64,000 nt of DNA from Thermodesulfobacteriota bacterium (GTDB taxonomy: Bacteria; Desulfobacterota; Desulfobacteria; Desulfobacterales; SURF-7): contig JBMORA010000013.1 in the NCBI GenBank assembly GCA_049320885.1, forward strand, positions 64,001 to 128,000. Reading direction: 5' to 3'. Every line of letters begins with the position of its first letter. The first letter of the stretch is position 1. Positions 48,776 through 58,441 of this stretch are shown here, piece by piece. The notes under the pieces were generated by a model. The model did not search any database, had not been told where the DNA came from, and was given only the letters and a program-made list of their open reading frames with translations. The translations under genes were made by a program, and so were the position numbers.

Positions 48776-50368
48776 TCAACTGTTCAATGAAACAATTTGG
48801 ATTCCATGGTAATAATATGTTAAAATATCTCGATAATTCGACCCAAGCCGGGCCATTTGTTTGGCCCCCCACTGGCTCATGCCGACTCCATGGCCGTATC
48901 CGCGACCCTTAAGCCGGACGCCTCCGACGGAAGGCAGGATATGGAACAGCGTGCTTTTGACGATGTTCTCTCCCATGGTCATTCGGAAATTACTGCTGGA
49001 AAAAGGCGTTATCCCCTTATCCGATACCACCAGAACCCGCAGATTCCGTCCGGAACGTGACTTCCCCTCCAAATTCAATTGCGCCACCTTTCCAATCCCC
49101 AAGCCGCAGCGTCTCAACCGCCGGGTAATTTCCTCATATGTCAAAAAGCACTCCCAGTCCTCATTGGTGGAACCGTTGCTGAACCGGTCGGGGATGCCGC
49201 GCAGATATGGAATTCTGGCGTTCCAGACATGGCGGGGGTCTTCCGTGTGCCCCCCGCTGTTGGAATGATAATAAGCGGCGATCAGGCGGCCATCATGGGT
49301 CATGACCTGCCCCCTGGTTTTATCCACTGCCCGATTGGTCCGCCTGGTTTCCGCAAGCAGACCGCCGTAAACCTGGGAAACCGTATTTGCCGCCACATCA
49401 TACGGATTCCGCTCATTTTTTTCCTTCATGTACAAGGCGTATGTCCTGGCGGCCACGGCCTGGGCCATCAGGGCTTCCATGGGCCAATCGGACGGCATCT
49501 CCCCCGGAATGACACCATACAGATACTGCTCCGTGGGAACATGGTTGACAGCCATAAGGCCGCCGGCAGTCGCTGAAACGGTAATGTCGCCCCGGTAGGA
49601 TCGGCCGTTCACTTCCAGCTCCCGGGCGGCGGATATCACCCGGCAATGAGCGGCCGAAATGGGTCGGCCGTTCAGGATCAAGTGCTTGGATCGCCGGCCC
49701 AGAATGACGGGCCCCCAGCCGGAGTAAACCCGTTTTCGCCCGTCAGCCGAAGTGGCCAGTAACGGCTGGGTGGAAGAAATTCGAATGCTGTCGGCATCCT
49801 TGTGCGTGAGTACCCGCAAAACCGGTTCCATCCCCGCCCGGAGACGTGCCTTGGGTTTTGCCGGCTTTGGATGGGAGGACACCATCGCCTTGACGGGAGC
49901 TGCAGGCTTCATCAGCGGCTCGGCAATATCGGCCCATACGGCGGCGGATTTGAAGCGCATGCCGTCCGGATACTCCCGGCGGTATCGAGTAAAGACGCTG
50001 TGGGCGTTTGTGTAGTCCCCCTTGTTGAAATAGGTCATGCCGCTGCTGAAGAGGGCGTCCGACGCGGCCGGACTCCCCGGATAGGTTGCCATGATATTGT
50101 CAAAATATGCCAGGGCGATATCATGTTGATCCAGGTAGGAGCCGTAGGTCTCGCCGATGAGCAGGAGCGCCTTTGCCTTGATGTCCGGATCGGTGGTATG
50201 TTCGACCAGTTCCTGGAGGCGGCCGAGGGCTTCCAAATACCAGCCCTTGTTCAGCAGGGTCTCCGCGCGCTGGATCAAGGCGGCATCATTTCCGGCAAAA
50301 GCCGGTTCCAGCAGCAGGAAAAAGCAGATCAGCCATAGTCCTGCTCGAAAAAAAAAGGTCGGATTCAT
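48776..50368 (-). CDS. TPR + SpoIID/LytB lytic transglycosylase domain protein
   Basis: Signal peptide; BamD-like TPRs (YPGSPAASDAL); YLYGVIPGEMP..WP.EAL.AQAVAARTYA, GYGHGVGMSQWGA. Confidence 0.88.
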   Translation of the reverse strand: MNPTFFFRAGLWLICFFLLLEPAFAGNDAALIQRAETLLNKGWYLEALGRLQELVEHTTDPDIKAKALLLIGETYGSYLDQHDIALAYFDNIMATYPGSPAASDALFSSGMTYFNKGDYTNAHSVFTRYRREYPDGMRFKSAAVWADIAEPLMKPAAPVKAMVSSHPKPAKPKARLRAGMEPVLRVLTHKDADSIRISSTQPLLATSADGRKRVYSGWGPVILGRRSKHLILNGRPISAAHCRVISAARELEVNGRSYRGDITVSATAGGLMAVNHVPTEQYLYGVIPGEMPSDWPMEALMAQAVAARTYALYMKEKNERNPYDVAANTVSQVYGGLLAETRRTNRAVDKTRGQVMTHDGRLIAAYYHSNSGGHTEDPRHVWNARIPYLRGIPDRFSNGSTNEDWECFLTYEEITRRLRRCGLGIGKVAQLNLEGKSRSGRNLRVLVVSDKGITPFSSSNFRMTMGENIVKSTLFHILPSVGGVRLKGRGYGHGVGMSQWGAKQMARLGSNYRDILTYYYHGIQIVSLNS

Positions 50369-50434
50369 CCGGGAACGATGCCGGGTTCTCTTCCAACAAT
50401 TCATGGTGACCCTGTGCTTCATGGGGGGAGACAT

Positions 50435-52708
50435 TTATTTGCTGCTCAAGGAAAAGGCGCCGCTCCAATCTGCGGGAGGCGGCTGCTGCTGATATGCCTC
50501 GGCTCGACGCAACATGGTTTTGCTGGGACCATCCTGGGGAACGATTTCCAGCGCTTTCTGAAAACAGTCGCAAGCCCGCTGCCATTCCCTGGACCGGTAT
50601 GCGGACAATCCCCGGGCATACAGATCCGCCATTTCCGTGGTCGCACGGCTCACGTTTTCGGGGAAACCAAGGGGTTCGTAAATGGTGATGGGTTTCTGCT
50701 TTCCCACCACGAGGATGCTGTCGATTTCCCGGCAGATGATTTGGTCTTCCAGACGCGCCCTCGTCGAATCACCGATCAGGATATACACGCCGTAGACTTT
50801 GTTGACACCCTCGAGGCGGGCGGCGGTATTCACCGTGTCCCCCATCATCGTATAGTCCATCCGGTTTTTCGATCCCATGTTTCCCACCACCGCCGGACCG
50901 GAGCAGAGTCCGATCCGCATGTTCATTTCCGGCCAGCGTTTTTCGCGCCACTGCGTTCGCAGGGTGACAAGGCGCGCCTGCATTTCCAGGCTGGCAACGG
51001 TTGCTGTCCGGGCGTGATTCGCAAGGACGTTGGGCGCCCCGAAAAACGCGATGATGGCGTCCCCCTCGAATTTGTCCACCGTGCCTTCATGCCGTAAAAT
51101 AATATCGGTCATTTCCGTCAAAAACTCGTTCAGCAATTCCACCAGCGACGTGGGTGACATGCTTTCGGAGATGCTGGTAAACCCCTGAACATCTGAAAAA
51201 AATGCCGTTATATCCCGTTGTTCGCCCCCCAATTCCACCCGGTCGGGGGACTCGATCAGCTGCTTTACCACCGTGGGAGCCAGGTATTTTGAAAACGTAT
51301 TCTGAATGAACCGTTTTTTCCCCTCTTCCACGAAGTATTTATAGGCAGTAACCCCCATATAGACCAGCAGAATCGTCAGCACCGGGTACACCAGGCTCAG
51401 GACCATCCCAAGAGCGGCAAAGAGCCAGACACCCAGAAAGACATACCCCGTCACCAGGAGGATACCGGTGACGGCGCCGAAAACCACCCCTGCCCGGGTC
51501 AGGACAAATCCCAGGAAAAGGCCGCAGACCAGGATCACCAGAGCCTCCAGAATCTGATAGTACTCCGGTCGATAGAGAAAATCCTGCGCCAGGATGCTGT
51601 CGATCACCGTGGCGTGAATTTCCGGTCCCGGATAAGTGGCGGAAAAAGGGGTCGCCCTTATGTCGCCCGTCGCCACGGCCGTGGCTCCCACAATAACGAT
51701 CTTGTCGCGCAATTCTTCGGCTGGTATGCGGCCATGGAGAATATCGGTGACGGATTTATACGGAAACAGATGGTCCTCTCCCCGGAAATTAATCATCATA
51801 CGTCCATGACCATCCGTCGGTATGCAAATCCGGTCGCCGATGCAGGCGGACAGCACCTGACCGTAATCCCCGATTTCCAGATGCAGCGGGAGATCGAAAT
51901 ACGCGGAAAGCGCCATGAGCGACAGCGGTGCATAGAATTTCCCTTCGTTGTACTGCAGCACCGTCTCCAGCCGGCGGGTGATTCCGTCCATGTCCGGAGA
52001 AAAATTGAAATATCCGGTGTACCCGGCCGCCTCGGAAAGCAGCCGGATCACCGGCTCCGGAAAAATGGTCATCACCTTTTCCAGATCAAGGCCCACTCCG
52101 GTTTCGGATAAATGGGTGTATTGATACCGTGAAAAACGGATATCCTCTTCCTTGCGCTGAATGTCGGCCGCATCCAGGTGTTTGACATCTTGGATTCCCT
52201 TTGCCTTGTGAAAAAACCAACCCAGCACCACCTTGGCCTTGGAGTTTTGGATGGCCGTGGCCAGCAACCGGTCGTTATCCGATTGCGTCTTGATCTCTTC
52301 CAGATAGGCATTCAATTCGGATGGGCAGGATTTTTTCCAGGCGGCATGGGACTGAATTCGCTCTATGGCCAGAATCACCCGCTGGTCATCCGGCTCATTG
52401 AAGCCGATATCAAAGGCAACGACCCTGGCCCCGGCTTCGGACAACCGATCGATCAGGGCGGCGATCTTGGATCGGGGCCATACCCAGCGGCCTTCCTGAT
52501 CCAGGCTTTTTTCATCAATGGCGGCCAGCACCACCTCCGGCCCCGGTTTTTTTTCAGCCCGCAGCTGAAACCGCAGATCGATGGTTTTATAATCAACAAT
52601 TTCTATAAATTCGAATGGAAAAAAATAAACCAGCAGTACAGTCACGGTCAGAAAACCAGCGATCAGCAATACCGGATGGCGGGTGAATATATTCGGATGC
52701 CTGGCCAT
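50435..52708 (-). CDS. CHASE2-domain class III adenylate cyclase with C-terminal TPR
   Basis: IDEKSL...GRWVWPRS, PGPEIHAT, three TMs, FSDVQGFT, DKFEGDA, GDTVNTAARLEG. Confidence 0.93.
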   Translation of the reverse strand: MARHPNIFTRHPVLLIAGFLTVTVLLVYFFPFEFIEIVDYKTIDLRFQLRAEKKPGPEVVLAAIDEKSLDQEGRWVWPRSKIAALIDRLSEAGARVVAFDIGFNEPDDQRVILAIERIQSHAAWKKSCPSELNAYLEEIKTQSDNDRLLATAIQNSKAKVVLGWFFHKAKGIQDVKHLDAADIQRKEEDIRFSRYQYTHLSETGVGLDLEKVMTIFPEPVIRLLSEAAGYTGYFNFSPDMDGITRRLETVLQYNEGKFYAPLSLMALSAYFDLPLHLEIGDYGQVLSACIGDRICIPTDGHGRMMINFRGEDHLFPYKSVTDILHGRIPAEELRDKIVIVGATAVATGDIRATPFSATYPGPEIHATVIDSILAQDFLYRPEYYQILEALVILVCGLFLGFVLTRAGVVFGAVTGILLVTGYVFLGVWLFAALGMVLSLVYPVLTILLVYMGVTAYKYFVEEGKKRFIQNTFSKYLAPTVVKQLIESPDRVELGGEQRDITAFFSDVQGFTSISESMSPTSLVELLNEFLTEMTDIILRHEGTVDKFEGDAIIAFFGAPNVLANHARTATVASLEMQARLVTLRTQWREKRWPEMNMRIGLCSGPAVVGNMGSKNRMDYTMMGDTVNTAARLEGVNKVYGVYILIGDSTRARLEDQIICREIDSILVVGKQKPITIYEPLGFPENVSRATTEMADLYARGLSAYRSREWQRACDCFQKALEIVPQDGPSKTMLRRAEAYQQQPPPADWSGAFSLSSK

Positions 52709-52946
52709 GAATCCCCGTTTTTAGATTCTATCCTGTTGACCTGATTCACATTTTATATTGTAAGACGCCATCGAAGTCAACCATTGCATGCCGACGCCGG
52801 AGGAAGGGCGATGGAAATGCCGCCCATTGGGATTTCGGAGCCGGATCATCCCCCATCCAAAAACGGGCGCGGCCATCAATTCTTCATTTTCTCCCCGCTG
52901 AATTTTTGATATACACACAGACCATGTCATTTAATGAGGATCACCG

Positions 52947-53348
52947 ATGAATACCCTGTATCTGAGCGTTGCGGGATGTTTTTTACTGGGCTCCGGCGGA
53001 TATGTCCTGTTTCATTTCTGGCTGCGCCCGATCTGGCGATACCGTTCCATCAAACATCAGGTGGTCCGGGATATCGCCGCCTATTTGAATTCCATCAGCG
53101 ACGAAATCGAAGGAGTCTTCGTCAGCACCAGCGCCAATGAAAAAATCGCGGCCATCCGGCATCATGCTGCGGCGCTTACGGATTGCTACCGGGAGGCCCT
53201 GCCGGATTGGTACCGGGTGCTGCTGAACAGCCGCGGAGAATCTCCGGAGGACGCGGCCAAACATCTGTTCGGCCTCTCCAACACGCGCAATTACGAGCAC
53301 GCCAGAAGCCGGGTCGGAAAAATCAGACATACCCTGAAAATCGGATAA
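52947..53348 (+). CDS. Hypothetical protein with N-terminal TM helix
   Basis: 133-aa ORF with GAGG RBS filling the gap between flanking genes. Confidence 0.6.
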   Translation: MNTLYLSVAGCFLLGSGGYVLFHFWLRPIWRYRSIKHQVVRDIAAYLNSISDEIEGVFVSTSANEKIAAIRHHAAALTDCYREALPDWYRVLLNSRGESPEDAAKHLFGLSNTRNYEHARSRVGKIRHTLKIG

Positions 53349-53371
53349 CCCAGCCCCAGTACCGGCAACCG

Positions 53372-54598
53372 TCAGGCCAGTTCCCGTGACGCTTCCCGCA
53401 TCAACCGGGCGATGGCCATCTTCTGGGGGCAGATGCTCTCCGCCGCGGTATAGTCCATGGTTTGCATGTTCCTGCGCAGGTCGGCCGGTATGCCGCCGAA
53501 CATCTCCCTGGCATGCTCCCGATCACCATACGTTCTGGCATACATCAGATACCGCATGACATCGCTGATCGGCAGGCAACCTCCCACCTGACTTTCACAC
53601 AGGTGCGCGCAGCCGGCGCAATAGCCGGAAGCTGTCTCCCGGGCATATCGGTCCAGCAGGGCTTTGTCCGCATCCGCCAGCTTGGTTTTATCCAAGGCAG
53701 CGGAAATGTTCGACATCAGAATCGTCAGGTTCGGCATCTGGGAACAGATGCTGGCGATGTTCGGATTTTCCCAGACCGCCTTGAGCTTTGCCTGCTTGTC
53801 GGTAAAACCGCGCCCCAGAAACCGGCCGGCCAAGGCCAATTCCGTTTCGGTAGCAATGGTCACTGCTCCGCCGCCCTGGGTTTTCATGGCTGTCAATCCA
53901 ATGCCGGCGGCAACACAGGCGTCCACCGCTTTCTTCATCTGGTCGGTATGCATCAACCGATAATTGTAGCTCATCATGATGCCGTCGATCCAGCCGAGTT
54001 TCGCGGCCGCCTCCAGGCAGGTCTCCATATTACGGTGGGTGCTGAAGCCAAACAGACGGATTTTGCCCTGGGTTTTGGCTTTTTCCGCCCACTTCCGGGT
54101 TTCCTCGGTCAACTCGTCGATATCGCTGATTCCGTGAACAAAATACAGATCGATATAGGAGGTGTTCAAGCGCTCCAATGATCGATCCAGCAATCGGCTC
54201 AACCCGTCCGGATCGCGATCATCCGATTTGGTAACCAGAAAAATCCGGGAACGGTCATCCGGATATTTCGCGAAATACTGGCCGATGCCCTTTTCACTGG
54301 CGCCGCCCCCATAGCAGTCCGCCGTGTCCCAGTAAGTCACCCCCCAGCGCAGGGCCTGCTTCAGCAAAAGCTGGTTGGACGGAATGTCGAACATGCCTCC
54401 CAGGGACAGGATCGAAACGGTTCGGCCGCTTTTACCAAAAGGCCGCCCCGGCACCTGTTTTGGTGACGGGCTCGCTCCCGGCCCCTCCCCGGCGGCATTC
54501 GCCGCTCCGCCTCCGGCCAACATGGCGGCGCCCAGCCCGGCCTGGCCGGTCATTTTCAAAAAATCCCTTCTGGACCATTTGCGTTTTCCATCAGACAT
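53372..54598 (-). CDS. Tat-signal aldo/keto reductase with C-terminal Fe-S motif
   Basis: SRRDFLK; WDTADCY, LVTK, SLERL..YIDLYFVHG, GFSTH, AMKTQ, YCAGCAHLC...CPQ. Confidence 0.88.
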   Translation of the reverse strand: MSDGKRKWSRRDFLKMTGQAGLGAAMLAGGGAANAAGEGPGASPSPKQVPGRPFGKSGRTVSILSLGGMFDIPSNQLLLKQALRWGVTYWDTADCYGGGASEKGIGQYFAKYPDDRSRIFLVTKSDDRDPDGLSRLLDRSLERLNTSYIDLYFVHGISDIDELTEETRKWAEKAKTQGKIRLFGFSTHRNMETCLEAAAKLGWIDGIMMSYNYRLMHTDQMKKAVDACVAAGIGLTAMKTQGGGAVTIATETELALAGRFLGRGFTDKQAKLKAVWENPNIASICSQMPNLTILMSNISAALDKTKLADADKALLDRYARETASGYCAGCAHLCESQVGGCLPISDVMRYLMYARTYGDREHAREMFGGIPADLRRNMQTMDYTAAESICPQKMAIARLMREASRELA

Positions 54599-54690
54599 GT
54601 TCCGTTCCTCCTTCTGGAATCAGCCGCTATCCAAGGCGGTCATCGCTGCTCCGGATGCGGCATCCGCAACAGTGATCTGCACAGCCCGTG

Positions 54691-56409
54691 CTACAACAGC
54701 AGGGAGTGTTCCTGTTCCCGGGTTTCGTTTTCCGCCGTAATCCGGATCGCCCTTTCCCCTGCTACGGGGCATTCATGTTCACAGATGCCGCAGCCGATAC
54801 ACCGGGACGGTTCGACCCAGGGTCGTTGCAGCCGGATCAGAATTTCCACCTGCCCTCCGGTCGGAAGCGTCGCCATGACCGGGGCATCCGGACCCATGGT
54901 AAGGCTTCCGGCATCGTTTCCCATTATCGGCCGGGGAGTTGCGGCAGGGCTGGAGATAACCCGGCAGAAATAATCTCCACCACCCAGTCGACGATCTTCC
55001 AGCTCTTCACCGTGTACTCTCAGCACGGAGCCTTCCATGGATACCACCTGCAAAGGCGGGATATCCGCAATCCGGCTGTAGACCTCTTCTGTCTGAATCG
55101 CCTTGGGGCTCACCGGACAGTTTTCCTGGCAGACAATGCAGGGTCGATTCATGGCCCACGGCAGACAGCGCCCCCGGTCCACAAAAGCCAGCCCGATCCG
55201 GATCGGCCCGCTTTCCCGGTATTCATCCCGTCCGAGTTTCCGATCCAGCGCCAGGGGACGGATGGCGCCGGTGGGACAGACATGCCCGCAGGCAATACAG
55301 TTGAGCTGGCAACCGCTGGTTCCGATCCGGAAATTCAACACCGGCGTCCACAGGTCTTCCAGCCCGGAGCCCCATGCGGACGGTTGGATCACATTGGTGG
55401 GGCAGATACGCATGCACTGGCCGCATTTGATGCAGCGATCCAGAAACGCCTTTTCCGCAAGCGCCCCCGGCGGGCGGACCTTCCTTGGATTCCAGTTTGC
55501 TCCCAGGCTCCCCCCCAGCCGCTGGATCGGTATCAAGGCAACTCCGGTCAGAAGCGCGACGCCGAACTGGCGGCGGCTGACTTCCGGCAACGGCATTTCC
55601 CCGGCGGCCGAGGGCGCCGGTTGAAATGCCACCAGCGCATACTCACATGCCGGCCGGCAGTTCATGCACAGAACGCATTCACCGACCCGAAATTTTCCGG
55701 ATGGGTTGCAGGCCCCTTCGCATAGGCTTTCGCAATGCATGCAATCCGGGCAGGTTTCGGTCTTTTTGCCCATGCGCCATATGGACAAAAAGGCGGCCAG
55801 TCCCATCAGGGCGCCCAATGGACAGACAAATCGGCAATAGAAGCGCGGAATCATCGCATTCAAGCCCAGGGACAGCAGAAACGGAATCCCGATGGACAGG
55901 GCGCTCTGGTAATAACCGGCCCCCACTGTTCCCAACAAGGGCAGCACGATCAGGTTCACCGAACGGTGCAGGAACGGAATGGGATCCAGCAACCCGGTTT
56001 GCAGCGACCCGGTGGCGGCGCCCAGGAAAAAAAACAGAAAGAGATATTTGAGGCGCTGCAATGGGTGGTAGCGGTTCAGCCGGACTTTTTGGGACAATGA
56101 CTTGCGGCGATGGGCTGAATATCCGATGACCTGATGAAGCGTGCCGAAAGGGCAAATCCAACCGCAGAAAAACCGCCCGAACAGGATCGTCAAGGTCAGG
56201 GTGACAAGCCCCCACATCAACCCCTGATGAAGAACACCGGTGGCCAGGACCGAGCCCAGGCCGACCAGGGGATCGAGCTGCAACAGCCAATTCACCGGCC
56301 ACCCGCGCAACTCCCAAAAGGCGTCACCGATCTCCATGACCACACAGAACCAGAGAAACAACCCCCCAAAAAAGATCTGTGACATCCGTCTGGCAGCGAT
56401 AATCGTCAT
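54691..56409 (-). CDS. Membrane polyferredoxin (NapH/MauN-like fused to NapG/MauM-like)
   Basis: GRFFCGWICPFG, RFYCRFVCPLG, RPPGAL.E..FLDRCIKCGQCMRICP, CIVCQENCP, CIGCGICEHECP. Confidence 0.88.
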   Translation of the reverse strand: MTIIAARRMSQIFFGGLFLWFCVVMEIGDAFWELRGWPVNWLLQLDPLVGLGSVLATGVLHQGLMWGLVTLTLTILFGRFFCGWICPFGTLHQVIGYSAHRRKSLSQKVRLNRYHPLQRLKYLFLFFFLGAATGSLQTGLLDPIPFLHRSVNLIVLPLLGTVGAGYYQSALSIGIPFLLSLGLNAMIPRFYCRFVCPLGALMGLAAFLSIWRMGKKTETCPDCMHCESLCEGACNPSGKFRVGECVLCMNCRPACEYALVAFQPAPSAAGEMPLPEVSRRQFGVALLTGVALIPIQRLGGSLGANWNPRKVRPPGALAEKAFLDRCIKCGQCMRICPTNVIQPSAWGSGLEDLWTPVLNFRIGTSGCQLNCIACGHVCPTGAIRPLALDRKLGRDEYRESGPIRIGLAFVDRGRCLPWAMNRPCIVCQENCPVSPKAIQTEEVYSRIADIPPLQVVSMEGSVLRVHGEELEDRRLGGGDYFCRVISSPAATPRPIMGNDAGSLTMGPDAPVMATLPTGGQVEILIRLQRPWVEPSRCIGCGICEHECPVAGERAIRITAENETREQEHSLLL

Positions 56410-56424
56410 GGTTTTTCTTCGCGG

Positions 56425-57417
56425 TTACAGGGAAATAAAAACCGGATTCAAGGAACGATAATCCGCCGTTCCCGAACCGGCGGCTTCCGCCTGCCGGATG
56501 AACCCGAGGGTCTGGAGATCTTTCTCCAGCAAACCGGCGCCCAACGCATCCACCGCCACCTGATCCGTGCCGACAATCAGGGTGCCGGTCTGCTTGAGGT
56601 CGCTCAGCGAACCTCCGGTGGGGCCGTTTTGCATCAAGGCAACCGTGCCGTCCAGGATCACGAAAGTGGGCGTCACCATCCGGGATAGTTCCATGATGGT
56701 ACGATGAATATCCTGGTGCAAGACATTACGCCGCCCCCCCAGCAGTCCATACCAGTTCTTCATGGTCATGGACGCGCCGCTGCGGAAATGGTCCTTCAGA
56801 GGCGCCAGACCTATGATTTTATTTATATTATTGAACGGCCGGCAAAAAACGGGCCACCCGTCGATACACCGGCCATCCTGCAGCGACAGCGGTTTGAAAT
56901 CACGGGGACCCGGCATGACCACCGTCCCTCCGGCCTTCCGGGCCGCGCCTTCAATTCCGGTCAGCGCGAAACAACTGGTCGGATCGTTAATCGGGTTGTC
57001 GGCCACAAGGACCTCCCCGGCGCCGGCCTTTCGGCAAAGTCGTATCAATTCAGCAACCAGTTCGGGATGGGTCGTGGCCCCGATCAAAGGGGGCGAGGCG
57101 AAAGCCGCATTGACTTTCAACAGCACCCGATCGGCCGGATGAATAAACGACTCAATGCCCCCCAGCGCCGCAAGAGCCTTCTCCAGCGCCTCGGCTCGAT
57201 TTCCACCGGTTACGGCCACCAGTTTGCCCGCCATCCCCGGTATGGAACAGACCGGGAATCGGAAGGAAGGCGTGGCAGAAACCGCCGGTCCATCTCCCCT
57301 GCGCCCCAGCCAGAAACCCGCGGCCCACAGCAGCCCGATGGCGCCGCCGGCTTTCGCCAGGCGTGTTAGCCATTGTCTTCTATCCATGGCGCGGCCGTTA
57401 TCGGAATCATTCACCAT
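56425..57417 (-). CDS. DUF362 domain protein with Tat-like leader
   Basis: DRRQWL + hydrophobic stretch; LGGIESFI...VLLKVN, ATTHPELV, LKDH, MKNWYG, LHQDI, GPTGG, DQVAVDA. Confidence 0.82.
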   Translation of the reverse strand: MVNDSDNGRAMDRRQWLTRLAKAGGAIGLLWAAGFWLGRRGDGPAVSATPSFRFPVCSIPGMAGKLVAVTGGNRAEALEKALAALGGIESFIHPADRVLLKVNAAFASPPLIGATTHPELVAELIRLCRKAGAGEVLVADNPINDPTSCFALTGIEGAARKAGGTVVMPGPRDFKPLSLQDGRCIDGWPVFCRPFNNINKIIGLAPLKDHFRSGASMTMKNWYGLLGGRRNVLHQDIHRTIMELSRMVTPTFVILDGTVALMQNGPTGGSLSDLKQTGTLIVGTDQVAVDALGAGLLEKDLQTLGFIRQAEAAGSGTADYRSLNPVFISL

Positions 57418-58411
57418 GCCGGATCAACTCCTGTTGGATCAGCCTGGCCAATTGCAGCGCGGCTTGCGGATCTTCCGCTTCCCGTACTCCGGCCAAAATC
57501 CGGTTGGAAGTGAAAACGATTTCATACGTGTCCATTATCGATACCGCTTTGGCGTTGGGAATATCCAGCGGGATTCCAGCCTCCTCTCCGCCGAAATCGA
57601 GCAGAAACCGATGATATTTTTCCAGCAGGGCGACGGCCTCCTGACCCGTGGGACGAATGGACAGAAAGGCGGTTAAGCGTTTTTCCCCCGCTTGATAATC
57701 GGCGGTGAAGATGTTGGTGAATTGATCAAAACCAAAAGCGTCCGCGGCAATCAGTTTCACGCTCTCCGCCACGCGGCCCGGCTCCGGAAACAATCCGGGC
57801 TCCAGGATTTCCCCCGCCGGCGCCGGATGCTTGCGGATGAATTGCAGCGCGGCCGACCGCATCCGCTCCATGGCGTCGTCCGATACGCGGGTTGCAATCA
57901 TCTCCACATAATGGCGACCATGGGCGAAAAACAAAGCGTTTTCCGCCCGATAGGAAAAGGGTGTGATATCCAGTCCCACCGCCCCGCTACGGCGCTGGAG
58001 GCTGAAGACGGCAAAGGCGTTCCGGGCGCTTCCCATGTCGTATGAGAACACCTCCATGAAGAAGTCGCCGTCATCCCGCGCAACAAATCTGCGGCAATAC
58101 AATTCTTGAAAACCGGAAGCCAGATAGAGGTCGGCCTTTCCGTTGATTTTATCCGCAAGATTGCTGGCGGAAAACCTCTCGGGGGGGGTTCGCGACATCA
58201 TTCCCGGTGGGACGGGAATGATGGTATCTGCATCCTCACCCCGGGATGGAAGCAAGGGTGATCCGGACCCGGCCGGTTGCTGAAGAATCCGGACCGCCGG
58301 GTTATAGCGCAAGTGTTCCCTGTATACGAACGCCCCGATTCCCGCCAGCAGAACCAATATCATCCAGCTCAGCCGGCATTCTCCTGCACCAGGTGCTTTC
58401 TGTCGCGGCAT
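57407..58411 (-). CDS. DUF6599-like membrane-anchored periplasmic protein
   Basis: N-terminal TM helix; NLADKINGKADLYL..GF, YDMGS..NAFAVFS. Confidence 0.65.
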   Translation of the reverse strand: MPRQKAPGAGECRLSWMILVLLAGIGAFVYREHLRYNPAVRILQQPAGSGSPLLPSRGEDADTIIPVPPGMMSRTPPERFSASNLADKINGKADLYLASGFQELYCRRFVARDDGDFFMEVFSYDMGSARNAFAVFSLQRRSGAVGLDITPFSYRAENALFFAHGRHYVEMIATRVSDDAMERMRSAALQFIRKHPAPAGEILEPGLFPEPGRVAESVKLIAADAFGFDQFTNIFTADYQAGEKRLTAFLSIRPTGQEAVALLEKYHRFLLDFGGEEAGIPLDIPNAKAVSIMDTYEIVFTSNRILAGVREAEDPQAALQLARLIQQELIRHGE

Positions 58412-58441
58412 GGGCCCCCTCTCGGATAACCGGCGGACCTG

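Noticed and set aside
50348..50356. A9 run near the 5' end of the SpoIID gene (and A8 runs elsewhere) as phase-variation tracts
   Set aside because: The frames are intact, the runs encode Phe-rich hydrophobic segments, and nothing indicates slippage
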